A DNA stretch of 64,000 bases, taken from NCBI RefSeq assembly GCF_964204865.1, contig NC_135253.1, positions 14,198,001-14,262,000 on the forward strand, in the 5' to 3' direction. Under the pieces are notes generated by a model. That model ran no database searches, was not told where the DNA came from, and worked only from the letters and a program-made list of their open reading frames with translations. Of this stretch, positions 21,601-33,825 are shown piece by piece. The stretch is from Styela clava. Lineage: Eukaryota. The translations under genes were made by a program, and so were the position numbers. The stretch's first letter is position 1, and every line of letters starts with the position of its first letter.

Positions 21601-24600
21601 CTATATCTTGAAAATTTTGCACAGCAATAATTACACTGTATGTAGACCAGCTTTGATCTATAAATGATGTCGCGATATGTATGAGTTATAGAGAAAAGGT
21701 TTTTACAAAATAATTTTACATTGTACATTCCAAAACATTGTTATCTGGAAGATGTACCGATAATAACTTTTTAATAGGAAATTCCAACCGACAGAGATTG
21801 TTTGGATAGGTTTTCTGTAGCCCTGGCCCACTTGGTGTTTTAGATTTTTTGTTACAGATTTTGGTCGGAAAACAGATTAGGCTCTCTTCTTATTTGTTAC
21901 TAAAGCAGATATTATCAATCGCACTATACTTGATGAGTAAGTCTATTCGATGGTGTAAGCTTAAATTTTGCCCTGGTTTGACTTTATTTTATTCTTTGTA
22001 CACAATGTCAACAATATATGACATATATGTAAATCTTGACAAACTGTACTTCAATGCATTATGCAATAAGGGTTACATTACATCAAAATTGAATGATTTT
22101 CAAATCGTGTCAACGATTAGGAGTATGATGTGCGAAAAGTGTTGCATATGAGGTAGTGGATGCTATTAAAATGTAAAAATATTTAAAATAATTCGTTTGC
22201 TCATAAGGCACATAAACGTACAAATAGGACCAACCGTGAATAAATTGACTTTTATTCATTTTGTTTTAACTGTATACCGTCCGGACAATAATGTTTAAAA
22301 TTTGTCGTATTCATACATTGCCAAATCTATATCATACATACTCAGTAGATGTGCTATCTTATCAGGGTGCAACGTTTTATAATATTTGTTCAAAAGAGTC
22401 GGCGAAGTCGTCCTCTCTTTTTCATGGAGCCATTTTTCCAAGTAAAGACCTGTTGCGTTGTGAATAACGGCAAGATCCTCAGGAAGCGTTTCCAATTTTC
22501 CTATGAAATCATACCTTATGAAGCAAGGATGACATAGTTTATGATATTGTTTCCAATGAGTGTTATAATGCTTCATCCTATACCCAGGGTCTGTTAGCGT
22601 ATCTACAAATTTACTAAAAGAAATTGTATTTTTGTTATTAGGTCCCTCCGTTTTAACTCGCATAATAACTTCTTTTTCGTGATAATAATTCCCTTCATAA
22701 TCCACAGAGTGTTTAGTAGATGGTATCCATTCTATTTCACGATTTTCCAGCTTATTTCTGTAGGCAGATAGTAATCGTTCAAATGGATGACGCACAAACA
22801 TAAACTTGAAATAATTTTTCAGTCTATAATCTTGTTCTTCCGGGGTGTAGTATCGCAAATCTGGAAGAAGTCTTTTTGCGTGTACGTCTCGTATGTTTGA
22901 AGAACCATTGACCTTAATCTTGAGGTCGTCAATGAAGACTCGTTTCCAGTTGCTGCTCGCAACCTGAATTCAAAGAATGACGCGATTTAAAAAAAGGATA
23001 TCAATAATGGTATAATCGATTAATAATTTGCGATTTTTAAACAAGAGAGCGATGGACACGTAGACCAAAACGAAGTAGTACAGGTATATTGTCACAGTAG
23101 ACCACCGATACTGCAGTCTTCGCCTGACCACTAACGCGAAACCACCACAAGGTGCTTAATTTTGATGAGGGTATCGCAAACAAAAAAATCCTATAGAGTC
23201 CACAAACACTTTTGAAATAAATAAAAGTAATAAGTTAATAATCTCCGATCAAAAACTCGTTACGTTAGATGTCATTGGCTCTTGTACAGAGCCTTGTTCG
23301 AAGCGGAAGGCGTAATAAGCGTCGTATGAAAATTTGATACATTCATTTCGCAACTTTGATAAAAGGAATTAAAGAATGTATTGCTAATCAGAAACCCTTT
23401 ATTAAAGTTAAACTCCGCTTTTCACGGTAAGTCACATTCGTCCCTGCTAAAACGTTCGAAAGTTTTTCCGATTCCAGTGAAATATTCTGCTAGAATGTCT
23501 CAACGAGAAGGGCCCAATTTTATAGTTGAGCATCTAGAAATCTAGTTTTTTTTGTTTCCTAACAGTGTGCGTATAGACTATTAAAGGCTTCGGGACGTTG
23601 CATTTTACATTTAATGAATAATATTCTCAATCGATCGTGCAAAACACAAGCCCCAATTTAGCATATCACGTTTCAGTATTACCAAATAGAATAGTAACCT
23701 CATAGAACGTGATAGAGGGGGCTAATAATTTTATGCAACCTTTCATATGATTGAAATTTATAGACCAAACAAAATGAAAATTAATCTAAGTATCTTGGCG
23801 AATAATTTTGTAAAGTGGGTTATGACGTCATGGAAATTTACTGCTTATATGACGCTATGCATCGTGTTTGGCAACTGCGGCAACTTATCTTTTACATTTG
23901 TTTGTTTTATTGTTCTTGCAAAATTAAACGCGAATTTGTTTTCGTATTTTTGCAATTATTATTGAAAAAAATGTGAACTCGAAAAGGTATGATTTGTTGA
24001 AAAAAACAAATGCACAAACAAAAGTTTGATTAGCGTTGTGGGGAAGTTAGTTACCAGTGCGTGGTAAACAACTCTTCGCGCCTTGAACATTTGAAAACAT
24101 AACCATCTTGAAATATTTCACTGTACTTTAAAACGAACAAAAGCATTTATATTCGAAATAAATTAAAGTATGAGTCAAAAATACTGTGTTTAATTTTTTT
24201 TTCTCAAAAAAAAAAAAAAACTTTTTCGAATTATTGAGGGGAGGGATCTACAATTTAAATCCAATCACTGTGTATAACATCTGAAATCATATCGCTTGTA
24301 AAAACATATGTGAGAGAGAAAACATTGGCCTAATCCTTTCAAATATACAACATCGCTATGTGTTTGTTTACATCTGCATACATGCTGCAGTATCAATCGA
24401 ATTCATCTGCAACTTCACGCACAAACCGCTTCATCACAGCAATGAAAGGAAATCGTTATAATCAAGTAACTTTTGCTGCAAAGTAGTATTGCAATTTACT
24501 TTTAGCTAAATTTCCCAATAAGTCTTACCATTACTATTTGAAATGGCGTTGCTGCCTTTTGTTAAATTTGCAAGATCGTATTGCATGTAAATTATCAGCA

Positions 24601-27600
24601 CCAGGAAATAGAAACATGGCTCGGAGTTTCGTTAGAACTCAGCTAAAAAAGTGCGGCATTGACTGCATATGTTCAAAATATGAGCAAACCGAATTTGGTA
24701 TAAATCGTATAAAACTATATGTGATTATATGTAAATTATCTTTCAACTAAGTTTTTAACGAAGCTGAATTTTTTACAACCCAGATATTGAACCATTGTGG
24801 TTAAAATCAAATATCCCTAATATTTATAACAATATGTATTCAATTTAAAAAAAAAAAGTTTAACCTTCGGAATGTCGCAGAACAGTATCCTTCTTTCGTC
24901 ATCCACGATCATATGCGGAATAGCATCTTTCCTACTTTTGAGTTTCAGCTCTTCATCATATTTTTCACATTCTCTTTCAATTGTCTTTAAACGACTTTTT
25001 TGTTCAGCTGATAATTCTAATTTTGCATTGAAAGTTCTCGATTCCTCTTTTGTATTTCCAACTGTTGATGTAGTAATCCAGACCAGTTTACAAGTTTGGC
25101 AAAGCGCCACAAAGGCAATTATATAGCAAAGATAAGTCCCTCTAGATTCTGCCATTTTCAAACTGACGGTATCGCATTTGCAATCGCCTTTTCATTGTCT
25201 TTTTCGATATAAATGCTACCTCAATGATAACTCGACACGAAATGCCTGTCTTTAATTCAGTTTATTATTTTATATGCGAATCTATCTTAGCGTTGTGATG
25301 CTGCTCCATTTAGCGTGCTTGGGTATGACATAAACTGTCGTGATGGTTGTCGGCTGTTGTGACAAATTACTTTGTTTTTTTCTTCTGTTGCTGTAAGTTT
25401 GAACTGTAAAAAATGCGACAATTTAATTGTAATTTCTTGTCGTAGCATTTTATATTTCACCGCGAGTCTGTATCAACCAAATATAACAAGAAGTTCAACA
25501 CCCATTGAAATTATTCTAGTGCTGACGATGACAACAAAAGAAGGTTTTGAAAATAAAAATACATAAGAATATTAGTGGATTTACCGCATTGTTTCGACAG
25601 TTAGCTAACAATATTTGCCTGTTAGAACTAACCGCGCAACTCCTAAAGTCCCAAACCGCAAGATTGCGAATTTGCTAAACAACCATATTAATCAAATTGC
25701 CTGCGAATTGATTGTTTCCCAGTAATCCTAACCACGAGGCGTTGAGCGGTGCACACTGGTTTATATTGTAACTCGCGACTTTCCTCACTTGTCATCCAGG
25801 GGAGATAAATGATCTATTTCCTGAACTATGGAACAGTGGCAGTTCGACTGTGCCGCATGAGAGCGAGTTGCGCCGTCATTTTTTATTGATAAATATGATA
25901 ACTACGTGTGCATAACAACATTTCTTTATAATATCCATCAATAATAACTACAATGTTTGTGAGACCAGTGACGGCTCCACTGGTCAATAGTCATTCTCTC
26001 AGAATCTTTTATTAGGATTGGCGTATACGGTGTGAACAAAATGAACCTGATATACTGCGTAACGATTGAGCGACATTGCATTCGAGTAAACAACTGTTTA
26101 TACCAGAATTACATCCCAAAAAAGGGGAAAAGTATCAGTCATTTTAAGCCAGACTTTTGAATAAATCCACTTGTTTTTCTGACTGAACACGATATATTCC
26201 ATGTTCACGCAACATATAAAATCGTAATGTAATTCACAACTCTACAATTCAGACATGTTTCAAGGGCTAAGATATTGTTTAAACTCAATGAGTGGTTGAG
26301 TATATTATGCAAAAATAATATCACTAATTTGTTTACTACTCGACGAAACTAGAGAAAAATTGTTAGAGCAGAAGGCATGAAATTACACGTCATTTACCGG
26401 TCTCCAATCTTCGCAGAGATACAGACATTGGGCATTCTACCGAATACGCATGTAACCATTTGTAAAAATTATCATTTCGATATTTATTTCCGTTTGCAAG
26501 GTTTATGACTCATTATGTTGCTCCCAATTGGCAGAAATGACATTTGTCCGAGGCCTTCAAAAAAGTGCGTTTTGGTATTAATTACGACTCTTACGTAATT
26601 AACGGTATTTCGATAGATTTTGTTTGACCACAATATAGTATATAATTTGTATATTAAAACTTCTCCAAAGCGATGTCATAGATAGTCATCCCAAAGTAAA
26701 AGAAGCCGATTTTACAATAGTCACGAATGACCTACAAAGAAATTGTATATTTCAATGTCATTTAATTTAGTTGCGTCTATAATGCCCGTTGACTCGAGAG
26801 TTTCAGTCACTTTTGTAACATTACATACTTTTGTATAATACAAGAATGTGTTATATATCCTAAAAGTTTGTAAAGTATGCATCGTTTCACTGTGAATACT
26901 TGTATTGAATAAATAAATGACTTTTTGTCTGTACGTCGTGAACCACGTCACTGATTCCATACAAAATTATATTTCTTCATCCCTACTGTAGATTTCTTGT
27001 TCCGTTGGTTCTGGTTGTAAGTTGCACGAATATCGTACCACGTTCACCCTTCAAGTTTATGTTCACCATAGAACTACAATCCTCCGTGCTTTATGACGAA
27101 TTTCATTGTTCGCTTTTGAATTTTTTCGTCTTAATATTACTTTTAAGGCAAACGGCAACGATCAATTAAATATGGGAATTTTTTCTGATTCAGACAGTGA
27201 AAATCTGCTTGGTATTATATCATGCTGTCAATTTCAGTCATTTACAATAATTTAAGTCAAGTTTAGACCTCAAAACCCAATGATGTGAAACCCGCTGTTG
27301 GCTGAAGTTTCGATTGTGGATGTACTGTGATATTGTGAACTAATATATATTATAATGACTACCTTATACCTGATAATTATTACAACTGGAGGAAGTAATC
27401 CAGTTAGCTCATACGAGAAGTATTATTTTCATTTTTTATATTTCATAGACACAGTACTTCGTATTACGGCAGTACCTGCGCCCCTGCTTACCAAAGTAGA
27501 GAGGTTCCACAAAGAAAATGAAAAGCAAGCAGAACTTTCTATTACGATACAGCGTCTCATCCGAGAACAACTCCAGGTTGGGATAATAAAGCAGTTTGAT

Positions 27601-29223
27601 TTTTTTCTGCTATGATGATTTATTTTAAATTACTTTAAAGCACACAACCTCCAAAAGGTCTGGGTCTTTCCACGCGTCCTCGAAAATATAACTAACCCTC
27701 ATTACTGATATGTTAGCATATCATCGGTAATCTGAGAACGCACACTATGTTTACATGAAATACATTCATTATACTTTATGTTCTCTAACCAGCAATAAAT
27801 ACACGTCGACATATTTATCAGTGGATGTAATCAAACAACATTCAATTTATATTTCAAAAATGTTGTTTCATATTAAGTTGTTAAATTTCCATACCCGTGC
27901 ATTTGTTGATTGATGTCATGGAGATTCCGCGAATCTCTCTCGTGGTACTTTATTCACACTAGGTCATCATAATCCGGTCAAGGCGGTCATCATTACAAAA
28001 CACACAGTCCAAAACGCTGTTCAAACGATTTCAAAGACGTGGGGTTTCTGGTCCACCATGGACACCACGAGACTCAGAAATACACTATTAACGATTGCCT
28101 TGACTATCTCTACACCTTACATGGGCATAGTACAGTTATTGTTATTCTCTAAGATTAAATACCAGCGCGAAAGGGGAATATGAGTTACATTCTAGTTTTT
28201 GAGATGAGTCTTTGGGTCTACCTACATTCTTCCCATACGACAATGTTGTCCAAACAAGTATGTGCTCCATGCACTATAATAGTGTATGGTTGAATATACA
28301 TTTGGATTTACTTTACTAATCCTGATTATATCTTTACCATATTGTATGAAAATGTGCAGGTTCTACGTGAAACTAGCGGAGCATCATATTCAATACCAAA
28401 ATGTATATTTGACATTCTTTGCTCTCAAGCATGTCATGGTAAGAAATAGAAAAGTTTAAACAGAACTAGATTTAAAATAATAAGGATTTTCAGTTCATAC
28501 AAGGCTCGTTGATAGCACCCGCCTATGGACATATTATAGAGCTAATCATAACTTAGTATTTCGCGTAACCTACTTTTACATACATGTAAATTTCATGTAC
28601 CTAGGCAGAGTGGGGCTGAAGCCTGTGACGCAACGTATAAAACACAGATGATTATACGACAATAAATTTTCTTCCTGGAAAGATAGCTTTATGAACAAAT
28701 AGTATTCTGGGGGTTTCACTGTTTTGCTTAATCTTGAATTTGCATCAATTTAAACATTTTAAATTATGGGAAAGCTATTTTGGCTGCTGTGACGAACGAG
28801 GGTATTTACGTTAAGGTGTAAACTTTACTACGGTAGTGACATTCACCGGGTATATTCGCCACAAGATTTGCGTGTGGTCAAGTCATTTTTGTCTAACTCG
28901 CTATGATACTTCTTAAAATTACCTTGTTGTAGTGTATTTACGAATATAGAATAAAGCTTAATATAATACAGAAGATTTATTTCTTTAAATAATAAAATGT
29001 CACTGTATGATTAAATTTAACTATTACAGGGGCGATTCGATTTGGTGATCGACTAAGTTTGTCACAAGGCGAAGAATTATTAAAATTTTTATCCGCGTGT
29101 CAACTTCCATTTCAATGTGCTCATGGAAGACCAACTCTCACTCCTATTTGTTTTCAAACTTCTATAATGCGAAATCGATGTTCGAAACCCAACCTACAAC
29201 GGCTTAAGAAAATTTTCAAATGA
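15637..29223 (+). CDS. MLH3: DNA mismatch repair protein Mlh3 (MutL-gamma subunit), 15 exons, about 825 aa: 15637-15850, 16303-16576, 16752-16904, 16982-17138, 17210-17379, 17633-17813, 17893-18244, 18457-18565, 18641-18701, 19481-19576, 20098-20257, 20649-20798, 27449-27576, 28360-28438, 29030-29223
   Basis: GHKL ATPase motifs EELVVNSLDA, DNGHG and GFRGEALASI; YDISFEPEKTMIEF; endonuclease motif DQHAVHERIRLE; QACHGAIRFGD; C-terminal CQLPFQCAHGRPT. All junctions are GT-AG and the exons sum to 2478 nt, in frame. Confidence 0.95.
18866..19314. mobile_element. hAT (Charlie-like) MITE in MLH3 intron 9
   Basis: TIRs cagtatttcttaac.../...gttaagaaccactg with a near-perfect 8-bp TSD (atccaaat/atctaaat). 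Same family as 62853-63314, in the opposite orientation. Confidence 0.75.
22295..25155 (-). CDS. Golgi carbohydrate sulfotransferase (Sulfotransfer_2; CHST8-14/HNK-1ST-like), 2 exons (25155-24865, 22963-22295), antisense inside MLH3 intron 12
   Basis: Type II anchor YLCYIIAFVALC; 5'-PSB motif CDIPK|VASSNWKR assembled across a phase-0 GT-AG intron; 3'-PB motif FMFVRHPFERLLSAYRNK; HW...LCHPC...YDFIGKLETL. Confidence 0.92.
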
Positions 29224-29659
29224 TATGATTGTGACGCCAAATTGAAGAAATAGATGTATTGTTATCGGGGAATGTTTTCTGAATTCATGTGGGCTTTTGA
29301 GTCTAGCATAATCTCTATACTAAAATAGATCATACTGTGATATGTACTTGGATATTTTAGGTATTAAACTTTTTTTTTATATTAGTTTGTTGTATTTTGA
29401 ATAAAATATACTTCATACATTACAGCGTTTTTTCCATACAATCTGCGAAGTATAGCCAACAGTTCCAAGCACTTCAGTTCAATTTGATTAAATTTTGTTG
29501 ACATATAACTTTGATTACTTAATAGACTATGTTACAATGCAGTGGCTTCTTCCCAGAATTTAAAAAAAATCAATGTCGTGAATTATTTAAACTCTATTTT
29601 TTAGTTAAAACTTACGGAAAGATTTTAACAAACTTATAAAACACAATGATGAAATAACA

Positions 29660-31477
29660 TTATTTGAATATTTTAAATTGAAAACATAATGCTGCTCCTA
29701 CTATCCCGGTTACGCATAAAATGCTTAAATTCGTAATCATTTCTTTTCTTGCTCTCTTTAGAAATGGCGCTTCCCACATCAAATGAGCAATTTCTCCGCC
29801 CTTGTTGATCCACGGAAACCTAGTTAATGGAACCGGTTTACCTAGGAACTCGCATAATGGTTCCCATCCTTCTTTGCAGTTATAGACAAGAAGTCGATTT
29901 TTTGGGCATGACTGAAATATAAGTTAACAGTTTCAAGAAGTCTTAAGTTACAAATTAGGATAGGATTTACATATTTATCCGATAAGATGTCTTAATCATA
30001 TGGCGAATCACGAGGAGTCCAGCAATCCCATCGCACATAATTATCCCCCACGGGATGCGAAACCATGCAGGGTTCAAAGGTAGGGTTACCATGTTTGAAA
30101 AAGCAAAATTGCGGACAGTGCATGACTATTTTCATGACCTCGTAGTAAAAAATAATGCGCATGGTACGAGGTAACACTGTTCTGTATTAGCAGTGTGCAC
30201 AGTACGATTGCAGATGCAGTAAAATTCCGGTTTCCGGACATTCAAGCAATTTTTAAATTCTTCCCGGACGCAAAATTTAACCTTAAATTCCGGAATTTTC
30301 CGGACGGTATGGCGACCCTATTCAAAGGTGCAGTCGCGAGTGTATTTCTAGCGCCGAACCAAATTAACTATACCACGCTTCAGATCAAACGACAAAATTA
30401 CCTTTATCATTTCTTATGAGGACACAATGTCCACGACTTCGCATAAATTTTATAAAACTTTCCAGTGACTTATGTGGTCCAACACCCAATAGAAAATGAA
30501 TATATATATATCGTTAAACGACTGGAAGTCGTAAGGAAAATTCTACTTCGTCATTTTGCTATCAGGTAGAAAAAATAAGAAATTGTTAACTTACATGAAC
30601 AACGTGTGCGTTATGCCTCCTGTAAGTTTGCTTGGATATAATCTCTACCGTTTCTGGCCAATAACTTTCAATACCATACACACTTGTCCAATATCCAAAA
30701 GGAAGCAAACCTAGATATAAAAAAAACCTTAAACTTCATTGTATCAGATCATAAGGCAAATTCAGATATATATATATCGTTTATTCGCGGAGGCCTTATA
30801 TTTAACGCAAGCTTGCCCATGCAACTAGAATTCCATGTTAAGGAGTTCCTATGAGTATACTTTGCTTAAATTAATAGAGAATGAATGATATATATATAAT
30901 ATTAAAAGTCGGGCGCATGAACAAGTAAAGTCATTTTTAAGTCGACGTTTCCATTTTTTTTTCGTGCAATTTTACTTACAAGCGTTCGTTCCAAATACAA
31001 AATATTTTCTCCAAGTTGAAGATAAAAACGGGTAATAATACATGTGCCATCCATTCAAAACTCTCATCTGTTTACTGCTACTTTTGTACCAAGCCTCTAC
31101 GTTGTCTCGTGTCATAAGTATCACCTGCAATTTAATTAACATATTTCTCGACAACGACATGATTGCTTTTCTTAATTACTGGAATTAATACAATCTTAAA
31201 TAAAGTGTGTCGTAGTGACTCTAACCTTTGCATCGGGAAAAGCTTCCGCAAGTTCTTCCCAAAAATAAAACATTGGAGTGTCAACAACAGCATCAACATT
31301 CTCAAATCTCTGTCGAAAGTCTTCAACAGTCCAGCCTTTGCTAGTAAATCTCCAAAAATCTTTTTCGTAGTTGTCAAAGACCTCGGGAAAGTCATATACC
31401 GAATATCCCAATTCTTCAAGAGCAACATGTAATGTTTTTGTTCCACTTTTAGACATTCCAGCGCATATCACTTTCAT
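29660..31477 (-). CDS. Sulfotransfer_4-type P-loop sulfotransferase-like protein with a C-terminal hydrophobic helix, 4 coding exons: 31477-31226, 31124-30980, 30710-30595, 29911-29660
   Basis: Motifs MKVICAGMSKSGTKTLHVALEELGY, FPDAKVILMTRD..WY, YRRHNAHV and RLLVYNCKEGWEPLCEFLG..P...FPWIN. Junctions are phase-compatible. A likely 5'UTR intron lies upstream (acceptor about 31509, donor about 31673). Confidence 0.88.
29956..30378 (-). mobile_element. Internally deleted SINE copy interrupted by a MITE
   Basis: The tail and body at 29956-30072 and the head at about 30329-30378 match the 14641 SINE in reverse. Confidence 0.7.
30081..30320. mobile_element. hAT-type MITE (240 bp)
   Basis: TIRs tagggttaccat/atggcgacccta with a perfect 8-bp TSD ttcaaagg (30073-30080 and 30321-30328). 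Repeated internal tccgga motifs. Confidence 0.85.
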
Positions 31478-31740
31478 TGTTACTGTTTTAGAGATGTATC
31501 TGTCCAATCTGAAGCAGTAGGAAATCGATGGACGCCCAACAATGTGAATACTAAATGGTGTTCAATAAGAAAAATGACGAGACTCAAAAATGCAGTATTG
31601 TGTGACTGTTTTTTGACTCAAATTCTGCAATTAAAATTATATATATATATATATATATATACACATACAATACCTTGAGTAAACTTCAACACTGAAATCA
31701 TTTACATTCAGTTCAGTTCTATCATTCAGTTTACTGAATA

Positions 31741-32860
31741 TAGTTCGCTCACGTCCGGTACGCTACGCATGAGTGATGCGTTTCTACGTCATCAGTTTGC
31801 TATATTTTGAAGCTTGCGGAAGAAAATTTCCGTTGAATTTATTTGCGTATTTGGAATGGTTTTGTTGGTTAAAACATCTGAAAAGATATACTGAGGCATT
31901 AGGATAAAGTAGGGGCTCGTGGTATCTGTCAACCATCTCTGCGTCGGTACCATAAGTTATCAAAGTGGAGTCGGGGCGTCAATTTTTGTATTTCGGATAA
32001 TTTATTAATCAGGGGCGAGCGTTATTCTCTCGCAACGAAATCTGTCTCACGTGATTATACTTGTGTTTTCTCGCAAAGAGTCCGCAAACGCGTTTTCGGC
32101 AGATATCAAACACGGTAATCCCAGCTTGAATATTCAGAACGCGAATACGGCGTTATTGCACCATTTTATTTATTATCATTGGTGCCAACTGCCATCTTAC
32201 AGGCGATTTTTTGATTGCAACAATCATAATTTTTTGAAGTAGTGAAACTTTCTTTATTTTATATTAAATGACTTTTCGAGTTCTCCAGGAAAATGATGAG
32301 TACCCGACGTTAGCTGATAAAACATTATTTGCAATTACTTTAGATCAAATTTTACTTTTCACGACACTCGGTTTCCGAAAATACAAAGTTCTAACGCAAA
32401 ACAATGCGCTTTGTCATATTTATTTTGCCCTCCCAATAAAATACATATATCTTGGATTTCGAGTCGCTGCTGAATCCGTTTCTATTGCCCAAGCGCGACA
32501 CGCGCTTGGTCGGGTGTCGGGCGGTATTTTAGTCGACGATAAATTAAAAAAGTTGCGATGATAACTGGAAGTTAAAATATGGTAACAGAAATGAATTTGT
32601 CTCAAGATGTTATTTTACGAGTTTTGCTCTCGTTTCGTTTTCTGTCAAATGCACGAAACATTCAAACAATATATTACGATATCATATCATTCCGATAACC
32701 TACATCCTCTTTAGACATCGGCTACAGCCAGATAACCGAGGCCTACACGCGCAACAATATCGCCTTGAGAGAATACCATGACGCATCACTCAAGCGTAAC
32801 GAGTGTGTAACAAACTGCGTAACATAAATAAACAAAGACGGAAAAAGCGTGAGCGAACTA
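31741..32860. mobile_element. Non-autonomous TIR element (1120 bp)
   Basis: Perfect 13-bp TIR tagttcgctcacg/cgtgagcgaacta, subterminal inverted tgagtgatgcgt/acgcatcactca, TA on both flanks, and no coding capacity. Confidence 0.65.
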
Positions 32861-33128
32861 TAAAGTTAACTATGCTGAAATCACGACCTTGTCCATCATG
32901 CGATATAGAAATTGGTCAACTGTAAAACCTATTCTCCTCCGTCAACACCAAATATACGTAAATTAAAATAACCGATCTTCACGGTGTTAAAAATGTATTT
33001 TTTACCTGCCAATTTGCATTGCATATTGCATTTAAACTACTAACACTACCTTCAGTTCAAAATATGTGGACGGTGTGGCTTTTCTGGCAATTATTAATAC
33101 ATTGTTCTTGCAACCCCAAAATGTTACT

Positions 33129-33455
33129 TTTACAGATCGCTTCGACCGTAATCGCATGGTAGGCTATTGCTGCTGATTTCGTTCAGTAAATTTCGCTGCG
33201 TTAGCTCATTGCTTGATCACTGCGAAGCTAGTAGCACGGTGAACTTTGTGTGCGACCAGCGTACTACTAGCTTCACAGTGCGATTTACTGCTAGCTTTAC
33301 AGATCGCTTTGACCGTAATCGCATGGTAGGCTATTGCTGCCGATTTCGTACAGTAAATTTCGCTGCGTTTGCTCATTGCTTGATCACTGTGAAGCTAGTA
33401 GCACGATGAACTTAGTGTGCAACCAGCGTACTACTAGCTTCACAATGCGATTTCG
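33129..33455. repeat. Two tandem copies of a 167-bp unit, each with an internal hairpin
   Basis: acagatcgc recurs at 33132 and 33299. Each unit holds the inverted pair gaagctagtagcacg...cgtactactagcttc. Confidence 0.85.
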
Positions 33456-33825
33456 TATTCGATAAATGATTGACTATATTCCCAAGCCGTGGCGAGCGCA
33501 GTCGCGTCTTTGCAAGACACTTCAATGGACGTCGCGCCTCCAAAACAAAGTGATTGATGCTAACTAAGCACGAAACGTACTGCATTACGGACCACAAGGC
33601 GCACGTTAAATCCACTTTCCCCAAAATTGATCGTGCGCCTTATAGGCAGATACGGTTAATGTATGGGTAAGGTAGTGCTTTAGTTTAGACCAGTGGTTTT
33701 CAACATTTTTTTCAAGCAATTTAAATTTTTTTGAAAATCAATTTTGTAAGGACATGCTCAAATACTAGTACTTTTATGGTTCAAATTTAACTATCATTTT
33801 TACATAACATTTATTATCCCATAAA

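Noticed and set aside
22295-31477. Sulfation or glycan biosynthetic gene cluster (B3GALNT2, CHST, Sulfotransfer_4)
   Set aside because: The enzymes belong to unrelated families with different predicted compartments, and there is no evidence of a shared pathway or co-regulation.
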